Assembly: GCA_016209685.1 (NCBI GenBank) | Contig: JACQVQ010000006.1 | Coordinates: 3,184-67,183 of the forward strand | Direction: 5' to 3' | Length of the DNA: 64,000 nucleotides | Source of the DNA: Planctomycetota bacterium | GTDB lineage: Bacteria > Planctomycetota > Brocadiia > Brocadiales > Bathyanammoxibiaceae | Shown here: positions 28,945-37,764 of the stretch, piece by piece | Layout: each line of letters opens with the position of its first letter | How positions within the stretch are numbered: position 1 is the first letter of the stretch | Notes under the pieces: generated by a model | The model's input: only the letters and a program-made list of their open reading frames with translations | The model's database searches: none | Told to the model about the DNA's origin: nothing | Translations under genes and position numbers: made by a program

Positions 28945-30770
28945 TGATACATCGCCAGCAACCGCATGACATCGTTCCTCGTAGCGAAGAGGAGGAGGGC
29001 GAGGAGGAGGGCCATGCCTATGTATTGAGCGAAGGCCATGGTACGCTCGCTGAGGGGGGAGCCCTTTATCTTCTCTATGCCCAGGAAGAGGAGATGTCCG
29101 CCGTCCAGCATGGGGATAGGTAGGGCGTTCAGGATAGCCAACTGGAGGCTGAGGATGCCAATAAAGTAGAGCAGCTTCCCCATACCCAGCTTGGCCGATT
29201 CATAGGTGGCCTGGGCAATCATGATGATGCCCCCCACCGTCTCACTGGAGACCTGCCGGGTGAGGAGGGCCTTCATGGAGAGGTATATCCTTTGGGTCAT
29301 GACGATGGCCTTGTGGGTGCCCGCCTGACAGGCCCCAATGAAACCATATTGTTTCTCTACGGATTTCTCTTTTAGTCTTATCCCGAGCCTCCCCATGGCC
29401 CCCTCTGTGTCCTTCCTGGGGCGGAACCTGGCGGTGAAGGTCTCCCCGCCTTTGTCACCGGCGGTCCCACTGCCCCTGCGCCACTGGACTTCCATTTCTT
29501 TCCCTTCGCAGGTGGCGATAATCCTCAGGAGGTCTTCCCACCTCTTCAGGCCTTCTCCGCGGAGGGAGAGTAGTTCGTCCCCGGGCCTTATGCCAAGCTC
29601 CTGGGCTGGGAAGCCCTCTACTACGTGGTCAACCCTTAGCCCCATGGCAGGGACGACCCCCTCAAGGAGGTTCCTGGCATCCCCAGGCACGTCCAGAGAG
29701 AGGACTTCCTTCCCCCGTTTCAGGGTCAGGTTGGGGGTCTTTCCTCCTGGGGTGGGCAGTTCGCTTGTGGCAGATTTCAGGGCAGTCCAGCCAGAGACCT
29801 CTTTTCCGTTGACCTTAAGTAGCACGTCTCCTTTTTTAAGCCCTACCTTTGCCGCCAGGCTTTCTTGCTGGAGGGACTGTATTTTTGTTGAGGCGCAGGA
29901 GACCCCGAGCATCCACCGGGGCGTGCTGAGGGGGGTTACCTTGACCTCTTGTTTTTCCCCCTGTCTGAGCACGGTTAAAGTCAACTCTTTGCCAGGGTTG
30001 TTCGCCTCTATTTCCCTGATTTTTTCCCCTGCCTCTACGCCCTCCCCATTGATGGCGATAATCTCGTCGCCGGCCTTCAGACCCGCCTCCTTAGAGGGAG
30101 AGCCATCGGGGTACTGGAGTATGTGGCCTATCTCTCTGCTGAGGGCCGGGCTTATGCCTATGCGTTGCATCCCCTGGGCCTCATCATATCTAGGTGAGAC
30201 CGTAAAGCCCAGGAGCTGGTTATCCCGTTCCACAAGGAGGGAGATTTTCGCTGCAGGACTGCCCAGGGCTATGGAGGTGAAGATGTCCTCAAAGTCTGGG
30301 TTACGCTTCCCGTTAAGCCGGACGATTTTATCTCCGGGTTTTAGGCCCGTCTCCCAGGCCGGCCAGCCAGTAGAGACCTCCCCTATCTCTGAGGTGATGA
30401 AGGGGACGCCTATCTGGAAGGCAATGACGAACGCAATGAAGGCCAGCAGGGCGTTAAGCCCCACCCCGGCTAACAGTACCAGCGCCCTCTGATGGGCAGG
30501 TTTCGCCATAAAATCCCCGGGTGCCAGAGGGGCCTCCTTTTCCGGGTGTTCGCCGGCCAGTTTTACGTAGCCTCCGAGCGGGATGGCGGAGAGCCTGTAG
30601 TCGGTCTCCCCCCATACCCTACTCCAGAGGGCTGGCCCGAAGCCCATGGAGAAGACGTGTACCTTTACCCCAATCCACTTGGCGGCCAGGAAGTGGCCCA
30701 GCTCGTGGACGAAGATGAGGGTGCCTATGCCCAGGATTACCAGCAGTATATTTGTAGACGTCTCAGTCAT
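28941..30770 (-). CDS. rseP: RIP metalloprotease RseP (site-2 protease, M50) with four PDZ-like modules
   Basis: HELGHFLAAK near the N-terminus and NALPIPMLDGGHLLF near the C-terminus. Four G-[LI]-[KR]-x-GD motifs are present: GLKPGDKIV, GLKAGDEII, GLKKGDVLL, GIRPGDELL. Confidence 0.85.
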   Translation of the reverse strand: MTETSTNILLVILGIGTLIFVHELGHFLAAKWIGVKVHVFSMGFGPALWSRVWGETDYRLSAIPLGGYVKLAGEHPEKEAPLAPGDFMAKPAHQRALVLLAGVGLNALLAFIAFVIAFQIGVPFITSEIGEVSTGWPAWETGLKPGDKIVRLNGKRNPDFEDIFTSIALGSPAAKISLLVERDNQLLGFTVSPRYDEAQGMQRIGISPALSREIGHILQYPDGSPSKEAGLKAGDEIIAINGEGVEAGEKIREIEANNPGKELTLTVLRQGEKQEVKVTPLSTPRWMLGVSCASTKIQSLQQESLAAKVGLKKGDVLLKVNGKEVSGWTALKSATSELPTPGGKTPNLTLKRGKEVLSLDVPGDARNLLEGVVPAMGLRVDHVVEGFPAQELGIRPGDELLSLRGEGLKRWEDLLRIIATCEGKEMEVQWRRGSGTAGDKGGETFTARFRPRKDTEGAMGRLGIRLKEKSVEKQYGFIGACQAGTHKAIVMTQRIYLSMKALLTRQVSSETVGGIIMIAQATYESAKLGMGKLLYFIGILSLQLAILNALPIPMLDGGHLLFLGIEKIKGSPLSERTMAFAQYIGMALLLALLLFATRNDVMRLLAMYQ

Positions 30771-30777
30771 AGTCGTT

Positions 30778-30842
30778 AAAATTCAGGGTACAGGATTCAG
30801 GATACAAAATATTCTGCGTCCTGACTACTGAATTTTGTATCC
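30778..30842. repeat. Tandem-unit hairpin (TTCAGGR units), intercistronic between dxr and rseP
   Basis: AAAATTCAGGGTACAGGATTCAGGATACAAAATATTCTGCGTCCTGACTACTGAATTTTGTATCC. GGATACAAAAT and ATTTTGTATCC are perfectly complementary. Confidence 0.75.
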
Positions 30843-30849
30843 TTTCTTC

Positions 30850-32001
30850 TCATTTTGGGAGGTTTTTCCTCGCCTCTTCCCTGGCCCACTGGTCGGCCGC
30901 AAGGATTTCCCCCAGGGAAGGGTGTTCGCACTTTTTGTGACGGTCCATGGTGCCCTCTGTTATGGGTACGATATCCGTGAGTTTGATCCGCCTGTCCAGG
31001 AAGGCCTCCACCGCCACCTCATTGGCGGCGTTGAGTACGGCCGGGATAGTCCCTCCCTCAGAGACTGCCCTGTAACCCAATCGCAGGGCGGGGAACCTTT
31101 CCATGTCGGGTTTAAAGAAGGTAAGCCCGCCGAGTTTGGGCAGGGAGAGCGGTTCTACGGGGGCGGGCCTCCTCTGGGGGTAAGTGAGGGCATACTGGAT
31201 GGGGAGTTTCATGTCCGGCAGGCCCATCTGGGCTATTACTGAACCGTCCTGGAATTCTACCATGGAGTGGATTATGGATTGGGGGTGGATTACTACGTCT
31301 ATTTGTTGGGCCTCCAGCCCGAAGAGCCATTTGGCCTCTATTATCTCCAGGGCCTTGTTTATCAAGGTGGCAGAGTCAATGGTTATCTTTTTCCCCATCT
31401 GCCACGTTGGGTGCTTGAGGGCCTGTTCAGGGGTGACGTCCCGGAGTGCCTCTCTTGGATACTCACGGAAGGGTCCGCCTGAGGCAGTGAGGATTACCTT
31501 TCTTAATTCGCTCCGCTGGCCCGCCAGGAGGGATTGAAAGATGGCGGAGTGTTCACTGTCCACGGGGAGCAGTTTTACGCCCATCTTACTGGCCAGACTG
31601 GTCACAATCTCGCCGGCCACTACCAGGGCCTCCTTGTTGGCCAGGGCAAGGGACTTCTTTTCTTTTATGGCGGCCAGGGTGGCGGGGAGGGCGGCCGCCC
31701 CGACTATGGCGGATAGTACGAAGTCTACATCTTCTCCAGAGGCCAACTCCTCCAGGGAGTCTTCCCCGGCAAGTATTTCTACAGAGTTCGTTGAGACCTT
31801 TCTCTTCAGGAGGCGGTAGGATTCCTTATCCACGATGGCCACCCTGCTGGGGCGGAAGTCCGCCACCTGTTGGGCAAGCAGTTCCCAGTTCTGGTGGGTG
31901 GAAAGGGCGGTGACCCGGTAATCCCCGCCCAGGGAGCGGACCACCTCCAGGGCGTTCCTCCCGATAGAGCCTGTAGAGCCAAGGATGGCTATCCTTTTCA
32001 T
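30850..32001 (-). CDS. dxr: 1-deoxy-D-xylulose-5-phosphate reductoisomerase
   Basis: MKRIAILGSTGSIGRNALEV start, LANKEALV, DSEHSAIFQ, NAANEVAV. I chose the start at 32001; the 17 codons further upstream in the maximal ORF (to 32052) translate the hairpin repeat. Confidence 0.92.
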   Translation of the reverse strand: MKRIAILGSTGSIGRNALEVVRSLGGDYRVTALSTHQNWELLAQQVADFRPSRVAIVDKESYRLLKRKVSTNSVEILAGEDSLEELASGEDVDFVLSAIVGAAALPATLAAIKEKKSLALANKEALVVAGEIVTSLASKMGVKLLPVDSEHSAIFQSLLAGQRSELRKVILTASGGPFREYPREALRDVTPEQALKHPTWQMGKKITIDSATLINKALEIIEAKWLFGLEAQQIDVVIHPQSIIHSMVEFQDGSVIAQMGLPDMKLPIQYALTYPQRRPAPVEPLSLPKLGGLTFFKPDMERFPALRLGYRAVSEGGTIPAVLNAANEVAVEAFLDRRIKLTDIVPITEGTMDRHKKCEHPSLGEILAADQWAREEARKNLPK

Positions 32002-32077
32002 AATTTCGGATTTCGGATTTCGGATTGTGGATTGCGAAGTTCCAAATTCCAAATTCCAAATCCGAGATTCAAAAATT
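32002..32077. repeat. Tandem-unit hairpin (TTTCGGA units / TTCCAAA units), intercistronic between ispG and dxr
   Basis: AATTTCGGATTTCGGATTTCGGATTGTGGATTGCGAAGTTCCAAATTCCAAATTCCAAATCCGAGATTCAAAAATT. Confidence 0.75.
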
Positions 32078-32083
32078 TTCCTT

Positions 32084-33160
32084 TCATGACATACTCTCTA
32101 TCTCGTGGAGGAGCTGGCTCACCATCTCCGACTCTGGAATCTTTTTGACCCTCTCGCCCTTCTTGAATAGGAGTCCGAAGCCGTGGCCCCCGGCTATCCC
32201 GATGTCACATTCCTGGGCCTCCCCGGGGCCGTTGACGGCACAGCCCATAATGGCTATCTGGAGGGCCTTTTTCTCAGGGGGCAACTTGGCCTTCACCTCT
32301 TCCACTATCTTCACGAGGTCAATCTCGCATCGCCCACAGGTGGGGCAGGAGATAAGTTCCCAGCCCTCGTGTTCCCGGAGACCCAGGGCCTGGAGGATGT
32401 CCAGTCCTGCCTTTATCTCCTCATGGGGCCGGCCGGTTATGCTGACCCTGAGGGTATCGCCGATACCCTCCGACAGGAGGCCGCCTATGCCTATGGCAGA
32501 TTTTATTATGGAGCTGGAGGCTGGCCCCGCCGCCGTAACTCCCAGATGAAGGGGGTAATCGCATTGCCTGGCAACCTCTCTGTAGGCCGCCATGGTGGTA
32601 GGAACGTCGGAGGCCTTCAGGGAGAGGACGATGTCCCTGAAGCCCAGGGACTCAAAGTGCTCGCAGTAGCGGAGGATGGTCTCTACCATAAGTTTGGCCA
32701 GCGGCTCCTCTTCCTGGCCTGGGGACTTGACGGAGCCGGAATTAACCCCTATCCGTATCGGTATGCCCTTATTTTTGGCGGCCCGGACCACTTCTTCTAC
32801 CTTAGCCTTGTCCTTCATGTTGCCCGGGTTGATGCGTATCTTGTCTACCCCCTGGGCTATGGCCTCCAAGGCGAGTTGAGGGCTGAAGTGGATGTCTGCC
32901 ACCACGGGGATGCGCGTCCGCCGCTTTATCTCTCCCAGACAGCGGGCGGCCTTAGGCGTGGGTACTGCCACGCGGATAATCTCACAGCCCATCTCCTCTA
33001 GCTCTTTTATCTGGGCTGAGGTATCCTCTATATCCTCCGTGTGGGTCTTGGTCATGGACTGTATGGAGACAGGGGCATCGCCACCTATCTGCACACAGTT
33101 TTTATCGGGAGTGGCCCCGCCACCCACGCTGACTGGCCGGGTACGTCGTCTTTCTATCAT
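32084..33160 (-). CDS. ispG: 4-hydroxy-3-methylbut-2-en-1-yl diphosphate synthase
   Basis: 358 aa. IGGDAPVSIQSMTKT, RVAVP, RINPGN, SCPTCGRC, IAIMGCAVNGPGEA. Confidence 0.92.
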   Translation of the reverse strand: MIERRRTRPVSVGGGATPDKNCVQIGGDAPVSIQSMTKTHTEDIEDTSAQIKELEEMGCEIIRVAVPTPKAARCLGEIKRRTRIPVVADIHFSPQLALEAIAQGVDKIRINPGNMKDKAKVEEVVRAAKNKGIPIRIGVNSGSVKSPGQEEEPLAKLMVETILRYCEHFESLGFRDIVLSLKASDVPTTMAAYREVARQCDYPLHLGVTAAGPASSSIIKSAIGIGGLLSEGIGDTLRVSITGRPHEEIKAGLDILQALGLREHEGWELISCPTCGRCEIDLVKIVEEVKAKLPPEKKALQIAIMGCAVNGPGEAQECDIGIAGGHGFGLLFKKGERVKKIPESEMVSQLLHEIESMS

Positions 33161-33381
33161 TTTTGAAAGGAAGTGTGAAATTAAAAGCCTATTATAGCCT
33201 CTCAGGTTATCAGGTCAAATCAAAAAGTCAGAATCAGGGGAATCGGCAACCTTTTCTCCAATCCCTGGCCATTGACTTTGGCGGTTGCAAATTTTGGCAA
33301 TTCCCTTAACATATTGGGTAGGGATTGTCCTGAAAATATTTGGCAGGCAACCATCCAAATTAGAAGGGACGTGCAGATAAA

Positions 33382-34833
33382 ATGAGACTGACTCGCTTTC
33401 CCTGTCTACTGTTTACTATCTACTGTCTACTAGTTTTGGGTCTGGAGACCCAAAACGACCCGGGTGCCATTGCCCAGGAGTGGGCGCCCAGCTGGCAATT
33501 GCCCCAGCGGGACCGGCCGGCCAATATCATTGAGGCCCCGATTACGGGTCGTGGGGAGATGCCAGAGGGCCGGTTCTTCCCCCCGATTATATGTGGGGCA
33601 TGTCACACGGATATCTTTCAGCAATGGAAAGGCTCCACACATGCCTATGCATGGTATGACCCGCTCTTTAGGGCCCTTTACCAAAAGGGTCTCCAGGAGG
33701 CCCAGGGAGAACAGCAAAGGGTCGTCATGGACACCTGCGTCCGCTGTCACTCCCCTGTGGGTTTCACCACCGGGGAATGGAAGGCCACGCCTTCCACGCC
33801 AGGCAGTGAGGCCAGTAAGGAGAATATCTTCTGTGATTTCTGCCACTCAGTAAAGGCTACTACGGGCATAGGCAATGCCCCTTTTATTGTAGACCCCGGG
33901 GATGCCGTAAAGATGGACTTCGGCACCAAACGGGGTCCCTTTAAGGACTGCCCCACGACCGCCCACAAGACGGAGTATTCTGAACTCCACACCCGTTCGG
34001 AATTCTGCGGCTCCTGCCATGACGTATCTCATGCCGGGAGCAGGTTGGCAGTAGAACAGACCTATACGGAGTGGCGTCTGGGACCCTACAATACTGGTAA
34101 TCCTGCCACCACGACACATTGTCAGGACTGCCACATGAGACAGAGACCAGGCGTGCCCTCCACAGGTTCAACGGAGAGGCCAGATAATCCGGGCTTTGCC
34201 GCAAAGAAGGAAGTAGGGGGCATAGAGAGGCCCCACATCTGGACCCATTATTTCGTGGGCGGTACCAGCCTTATCCTAGGTCCCATCCTCCAGGAGCCCG
34301 AGAGGCAAAAGATGGCCGAGGACAGGCTAAAAAATGCCGCCAGGGTGGAGCTGATAACGCCCACCGCTATAAAACCCGGGGAGTTGCTCAGGTTCAGGGT
34401 AATGGTAGAAAACGTGGGTGCGGGACACTACATCCCCACGGGGCTTACGGAGGTGCGTCAGATGTGGCTGGACGTGGCCGTGGCGGACGCCGATGGTAAG
34501 GAGGTCTATCGCTCTGGTACGGTGGATGAGAGGGGACACCTGGAGGAGGATGCCGTCGTATATCACACCATCTTTGGTAACGAGAAGGGACAGCCCACGT
34601 ATAAGATATGGGAGGCCACCCACATCATCTCTGATTATCGGGTCCCCCCAAAGGGGCAGAGGGTGGAGAAGTATGCCTTCCTGCTCCCCCCAGACATCAA
34701 ACTACCACTGAAGATAAAGGCCGTGCTCCGCTACAGGAGTGCCCCGCAGTGGCTGGCGGGGGAACTCCTGGGGGATGGAGCCCCCACTATACCCATTGTG
34801 GATATGGCAGAGGCGACAGCCGCAGTGCAGTAG
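33382..34833 (+). CDS. Secreted pentaheme c-type cytochrome
   Basis: It has a signal peptide and five CxxCH motifs: CGACH, CVRCH, CDFCH, CGSCH and CQDCH. The ~200-aa C-terminal domain has no heme motifs. Confidence 0.8.
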   Translation: MRLTRFPCLLFTIYCLLVLGLETQNDPGAIAQEWAPSWQLPQRDRPANIIEAPITGRGEMPEGRFFPPIICGACHTDIFQQWKGSTHAYAWYDPLFRALYQKGLQEAQGEQQRVVMDTCVRCHSPVGFTTGEWKATPSTPGSEASKENIFCDFCHSVKATTGIGNAPFIVDPGDAVKMDFGTKRGPFKDCPTTAHKTEYSELHTRSEFCGSCHDVSHAGSRLAVEQTYTEWRLGPYNTGNPATTTHCQDCHMRQRPGVPSTGSTERPDNPGFAAKKEVGGIERPHIWTHYFVGGTSLILGPILQEPERQKMAEDRLKNAARVELITPTAIKPGELLRFRVMVENVGAGHYIPTGLTEVRQMWLDVAVADADGKEVYRSGTVDERGHLEEDAVVYHTIFGNEKGQPTYKIWEATHIISDYRVPPKGQRVEKYAFLLPPDIKLPLKIKAVLRYRSAPQWLAGELLGDGAPTIPIVDMAEATAAVQ

Positions 34834-34857
34834 TGGCGACCGGCCAGTCGCCCCTAC
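34830..34857. repeat. GTAGKGGC...GCCCCTAC palindrome (GACCGGCCRGTC core)
   Basis: GTAGTGGCGACCGGCCAGTCGCCCCTAC. It contains the cytochrome TAG stop (34831..34833). Confidence 0.8.
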
Positions 34858-34928
34858 TGGCGGGGGGTCATTGATTTGCGGGGGACTTCTTGTTATCCTG
34901 TTCGGTCTTTGGGAGAGTTAAATAAAAG

Positions 34929-35120
34929 GTGGCTGGTGCAGGTGGATTTTTTCAAAGGCTTGTCAGCAGGCCGGGGGTCTCCGTAAGTGTGAGCTTTATC
35001 CTGGCCATATTTATCGGGGCGGGGTTCCTGAGTCTGCCCCAGACCACCGTGGACCGGAGAGAACTGCCCTTTATTGACGCCCTTTTTATCGCAACTTCAG
35101 CCACCTGTGTGACGGGTTAA
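34929..35120 (+). pseudogene. N-terminal stump (63 codons) of a high-G+C KtrB/TrkH-type K+ transporter gene
   Basis: ...VSFILAIFIGAGFLSLPQTTVDRRELPFIDALFIATSATCVTG* reproduces the first TM helix and first selectivity-filter motif of TrkH/KtrB proteins (compare PFIDALFVATSGISTTG in 35140..36492). It stops immediately where the low-G+C segment begins. Confidence 0.7.
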
Positions 35121-35139
35121 CGGTCTGCGACCTAATAAA

Positions 35140-36492
35140 CTATCCTACCAATATTTCTCCTTCTGGATACCTAAGGAGTTCCGGCTTAGGTCTTCCAAAT
35201 AGTGAAAAACCTATAGCTAGCGGTCCTATACGGCCAATGAACATAGCAATAGTCAAAAATATTTTTCCAACAATACTCAGGTTGGGAGTGATTCCCATGG
35301 ATAACCCTGTATTACTGAGGGCAGATGTACTCTCAAATAAAATCTCTAGAAAAGACGCATTTTCTATAGCCGCTAACACCGCTACATCTATTATCAACAC
35401 TAAAACAAATGAAAGAAATATAACGAAAGATCTGTGTACTGTTTCATCAGGAATTGCTCTTTTGAAAATATGAACATAGCTCTTCCCCCGAAATAATGAA
35501 ACAAGGGACACGAACATTATCCCCAGAGTGGTAGTTTTAATTCCTCCCGCTGTCCCACCCGGGGAGGCACCTATAAACATTAAAACTACGAGTGTAAAAA
35601 GGCTGGTATGGCTCATCTTTGCAATATCTATAGTATTAAACCCATCGGTTGTGGAGGCAGAAATTGTTTGAAAAGAGGAGAGCAACAATCTATCTCCGAG
35701 AATAACTGAGGGAGGCCACTCCTCTGAGACGAATATGACCGCTGTTCCGATAGATAGAACAATTATTGTGACCAGCATTGCCAATTTGCTGTGGGCTGAT
35801 AATTGCCTGGGCCTCTCACGTTTAATAGTTTTTACAGTTAATATAAAAATATCGTATAATACGTAAAATCCAATTCCTCCAATTATGGAGAGGATGTCAA
35901 TAACCAGGTTAACAGTAATGTTATCCTGGTAAGGCATAAGACTATCGGGGAAAGGTGAAAATCCAGCAGTGGAGAAGGCCGATACTGAGTGGAAAATCCC
36001 CAGGTAGATTGCATGAGATACAGAAAAATCACGTAACCAGTAGGAACTCAGAATAGCTGCGCCAATAAATTCGAAAGAGAAAGTGAATATCAGCACTAGC
36101 GTAAAAAATTTAGCGAACCCCTCTGCCAGACTTGCCCCTTGTAGTGATTCTCTTCCAGCCAGCCCCATTCTTAAGGATAGCTTCATACCAAAAACATATA
36201 CTAAAAAAACATAAAATGTCATATAGCCTATTCCACCGATTTGAAAGTCAATTAGCAGGACTATTTGTCCAAAAAGGGAATAAAAACTACCTATGTCTAC
36301 AACCGTTAACCCGGTGGTACTTATTCCGGAAGTCGCTACGAATAAAGCGTCTATAAAAGGTTGACGTACCCCTTTAGACGAAGCTATTGGTAAAGTTAGA
36401 AGGGCAGCTATAATTAGCGTAGTAAAAGCGTAGCCTATTACCAAAAGTCGAATAGGCGTAAAAAATCTCAAAAACGTTCGTAACTTTGCCAT
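35140..36492 (-). CDS. TrkH/KtrB family K+ uptake membrane subunit (low-G+C copy)
   Basis: A 450-aa polytopic protein with repeated filter-like motifs (ATSGISTTG, SAFSTAGF, ASTTDGF, SALSNTGL). It is clearly A+T-rich compared with its flanks. Confidence 0.85.
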   Translation of the reverse strand: MAKLRTFLRFFTPIRLLVIGYAFTTLIIAALLTLPIASSKGVRQPFIDALFVATSGISTTGLTVVDIGSFYSLFGQIVLLIDFQIGGIGYMTFYVFLVYVFGMKLSLRMGLAGRESLQGASLAEGFAKFFTLVLIFTFSFEFIGAAILSSYWLRDFSVSHAIYLGIFHSVSAFSTAGFSPFPDSLMPYQDNITVNLVIDILSIIGGIGFYVLYDIFILTVKTIKRERPRQLSAHSKLAMLVTIIVLSIGTAVIFVSEEWPPSVILGDRLLLSSFQTISASTTDGFNTIDIAKMSHTSLFTLVVLMFIGASPGGTAGGIKTTTLGIMFVSLVSLFRGKSYVHIFKRAIPDETVHRSFVIFLSFVLVLIIDVAVLAAIENASFLEILFESTSALSNTGLSMGITPNLSIVGKIFLTIAMFIGRIGPLAIGFSLFGRPKPELLRYPEGEILVG

Positions 36493-36854
36493 TGTTTAAA
36501 TCTTCTAAAGTATTTGGTGTAGTTTGAAAATTCTTGTGAAATTAAAACCGCTTGAATATACCTCAAAAGTTAATAAAATCAATGAGTTTAAGGACTCCGG
36601 AAAGGAAGTCTTACGCAACCAGGGAAAGGATACTATTTTTTGAGTTTATTAGGCTAAGGGATTTTAAGGGCGTAGAAGGAGGCTTCTGGCCATACCAGGA
36701 ATAGTTCCCTAAGGAACACGTAGCAGTGGGATGAACTAGGGGCCAGGCCCCGCACCACGCAGGGTGCAGGGCTTGCCATATACCCGTAGCTGTGAACCCC
36801 ACGTGGTTCACAGGGCTAGGGAGTAGGGGTTAGAAAAGAAGGAGGTCTGGATAC

Positions 36855-37541
36855 ATGGCAAGGGTGGTGGCTGTACTGGGACTGGGCAGGTTCGGACAGG
36901 CCCTGGTGAAGACACTGATTGAGGAAGGGGCAGAGGTCATTGCAATAGACGTGGATAAGGAGCAGGTGGAGAAGATAAAGGATATTGCCACCCATGCCAT
37001 TCAACTGGACAGGGAGGATGAGGAGGCCCTCAGGGCCTGTGGGGTGGCGGATGCGGACGTGGCGGTGGTGGCCGTGGGCGCCCTCGAGCCGAGTGTAATG
37101 AACACGGCTATCCTGAGTAAGATGGGGGTAAAGGAGATTATTGCCAGGGCTACCAGCGACCTCCATGCCCATATACTCAGTACGGTGGGTGCGACCAGGG
37201 TGGTCTTTCCCGAAAAAGACATAGGCATAAGGGTGGCCAAGGGTATCATGGTCCCCGGGCTAAGGGAATATGTGGAGGTAGGGGAGGACTACTGCCTCGC
37301 TGAGGTGAAGGCCGGGGAGCGACTCATCGGGAAGTCCCTCAGGGAACTAGACCTTAAGTCCAGGTTCAGTATCAATGTGGTAATAATAAAAAAGACGGAG
37401 GTGATTCAGGTGAACGACCATCCCGTGGAACGGGAGCGGATGGTCCTCCCTACTGCCGATTACGTCCTGAGGGAGGGCGATTGCCTGGTTATTGTAGGGG
37501 AGACGGAGAAGGTAGAGGATTTTGAGAGACACACGAAGTAA
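36855..37541 (+). CDS. KtrA/TrkA-type K+ uptake regulatory subunit (RCK domains)
   Basis: 228 aa. Rossmann motif VAVLGLGRFGQALVKTL...VIAIDVD (TrkA-N) and a C-terminal TrkA-C-like region (SLRELDLKSRFSINVVIIKK...GDCLVIVGE). Confidence 0.85.
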   Translation: MARVVAVLGLGRFGQALVKTLIEEGAEVIAIDVDKEQVEKIKDIATHAIQLDREDEEALRACGVADADVAVVAVGALEPSVMNTAILSKMGVKEIIARATSDLHAHILSTVGATRVVFPEKDIGIRVAKGIMVPGLREYVEVGEDYCLAEVKAGERLIGKSLRELDLKSRFSINVVIIKKTEVIQVNDHPVERERMVLPTADYVLREGDCLVIVGETEKVEDFERHTK

Positions 37542-37551
37542 TTAGCAAACA

Positions 37552-37660
37552 GGGGGCAGGCACCGATTGCGGAATGCATTCTTAGTGCGGAATGTAGAAT
37601 GCGGAATGCGGAATTAAATTCTTCAAATTCCACACTCCGAATTCACCATTTGCCCCGTAG
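37552..37660. repeat. Tandem-unit hairpin (GCGGAAT units)
   Basis: ...GATTGCGGAATGCATTCTTAGTGCGGAATGTAGAATGCGGAATGCGGAATTAAATTCTTCAAATTCCACACTCCGAATTCACC... It uses the same unit type as 49841..49914. Confidence 0.75.
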
Positions 37661-37764
37661 ATTTCAGTTGCATTTTGGGGGCTTTTTGCTAAAATCTTGC
37701 TCTTAATAAGAAGTATCTAAGATGCTTCTGTGATTGTGGTTTACGGAAAGGATGCGCAGGCAAA

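Noticed and set aside
29338-30492. Long antisense ORFs opposite real genes. Examples: 29338..30492 (+) in rseP, 14061..14750 (-) in glnA, 56271..57143 (-) in the peptidase-like gene, 58678..59373 and 59868..60416 (-) in groEL, and 25348..25968 (-) in gyrA.
   Set aside because: Each lies entirely within a gene that has strong family motifs on the other strand. Their translations are low-complexity (Pro/Ser/Arg/Gly-rich), typical of shadow ORFs in G+C-rich DNA.
36611-36811. 66-codon minus-strand ORF between ktrB and ktrA.
   Set aside because: It overlaps the hairpin-rich putative ktrA leader, has no motif, and sits in an implausible context.
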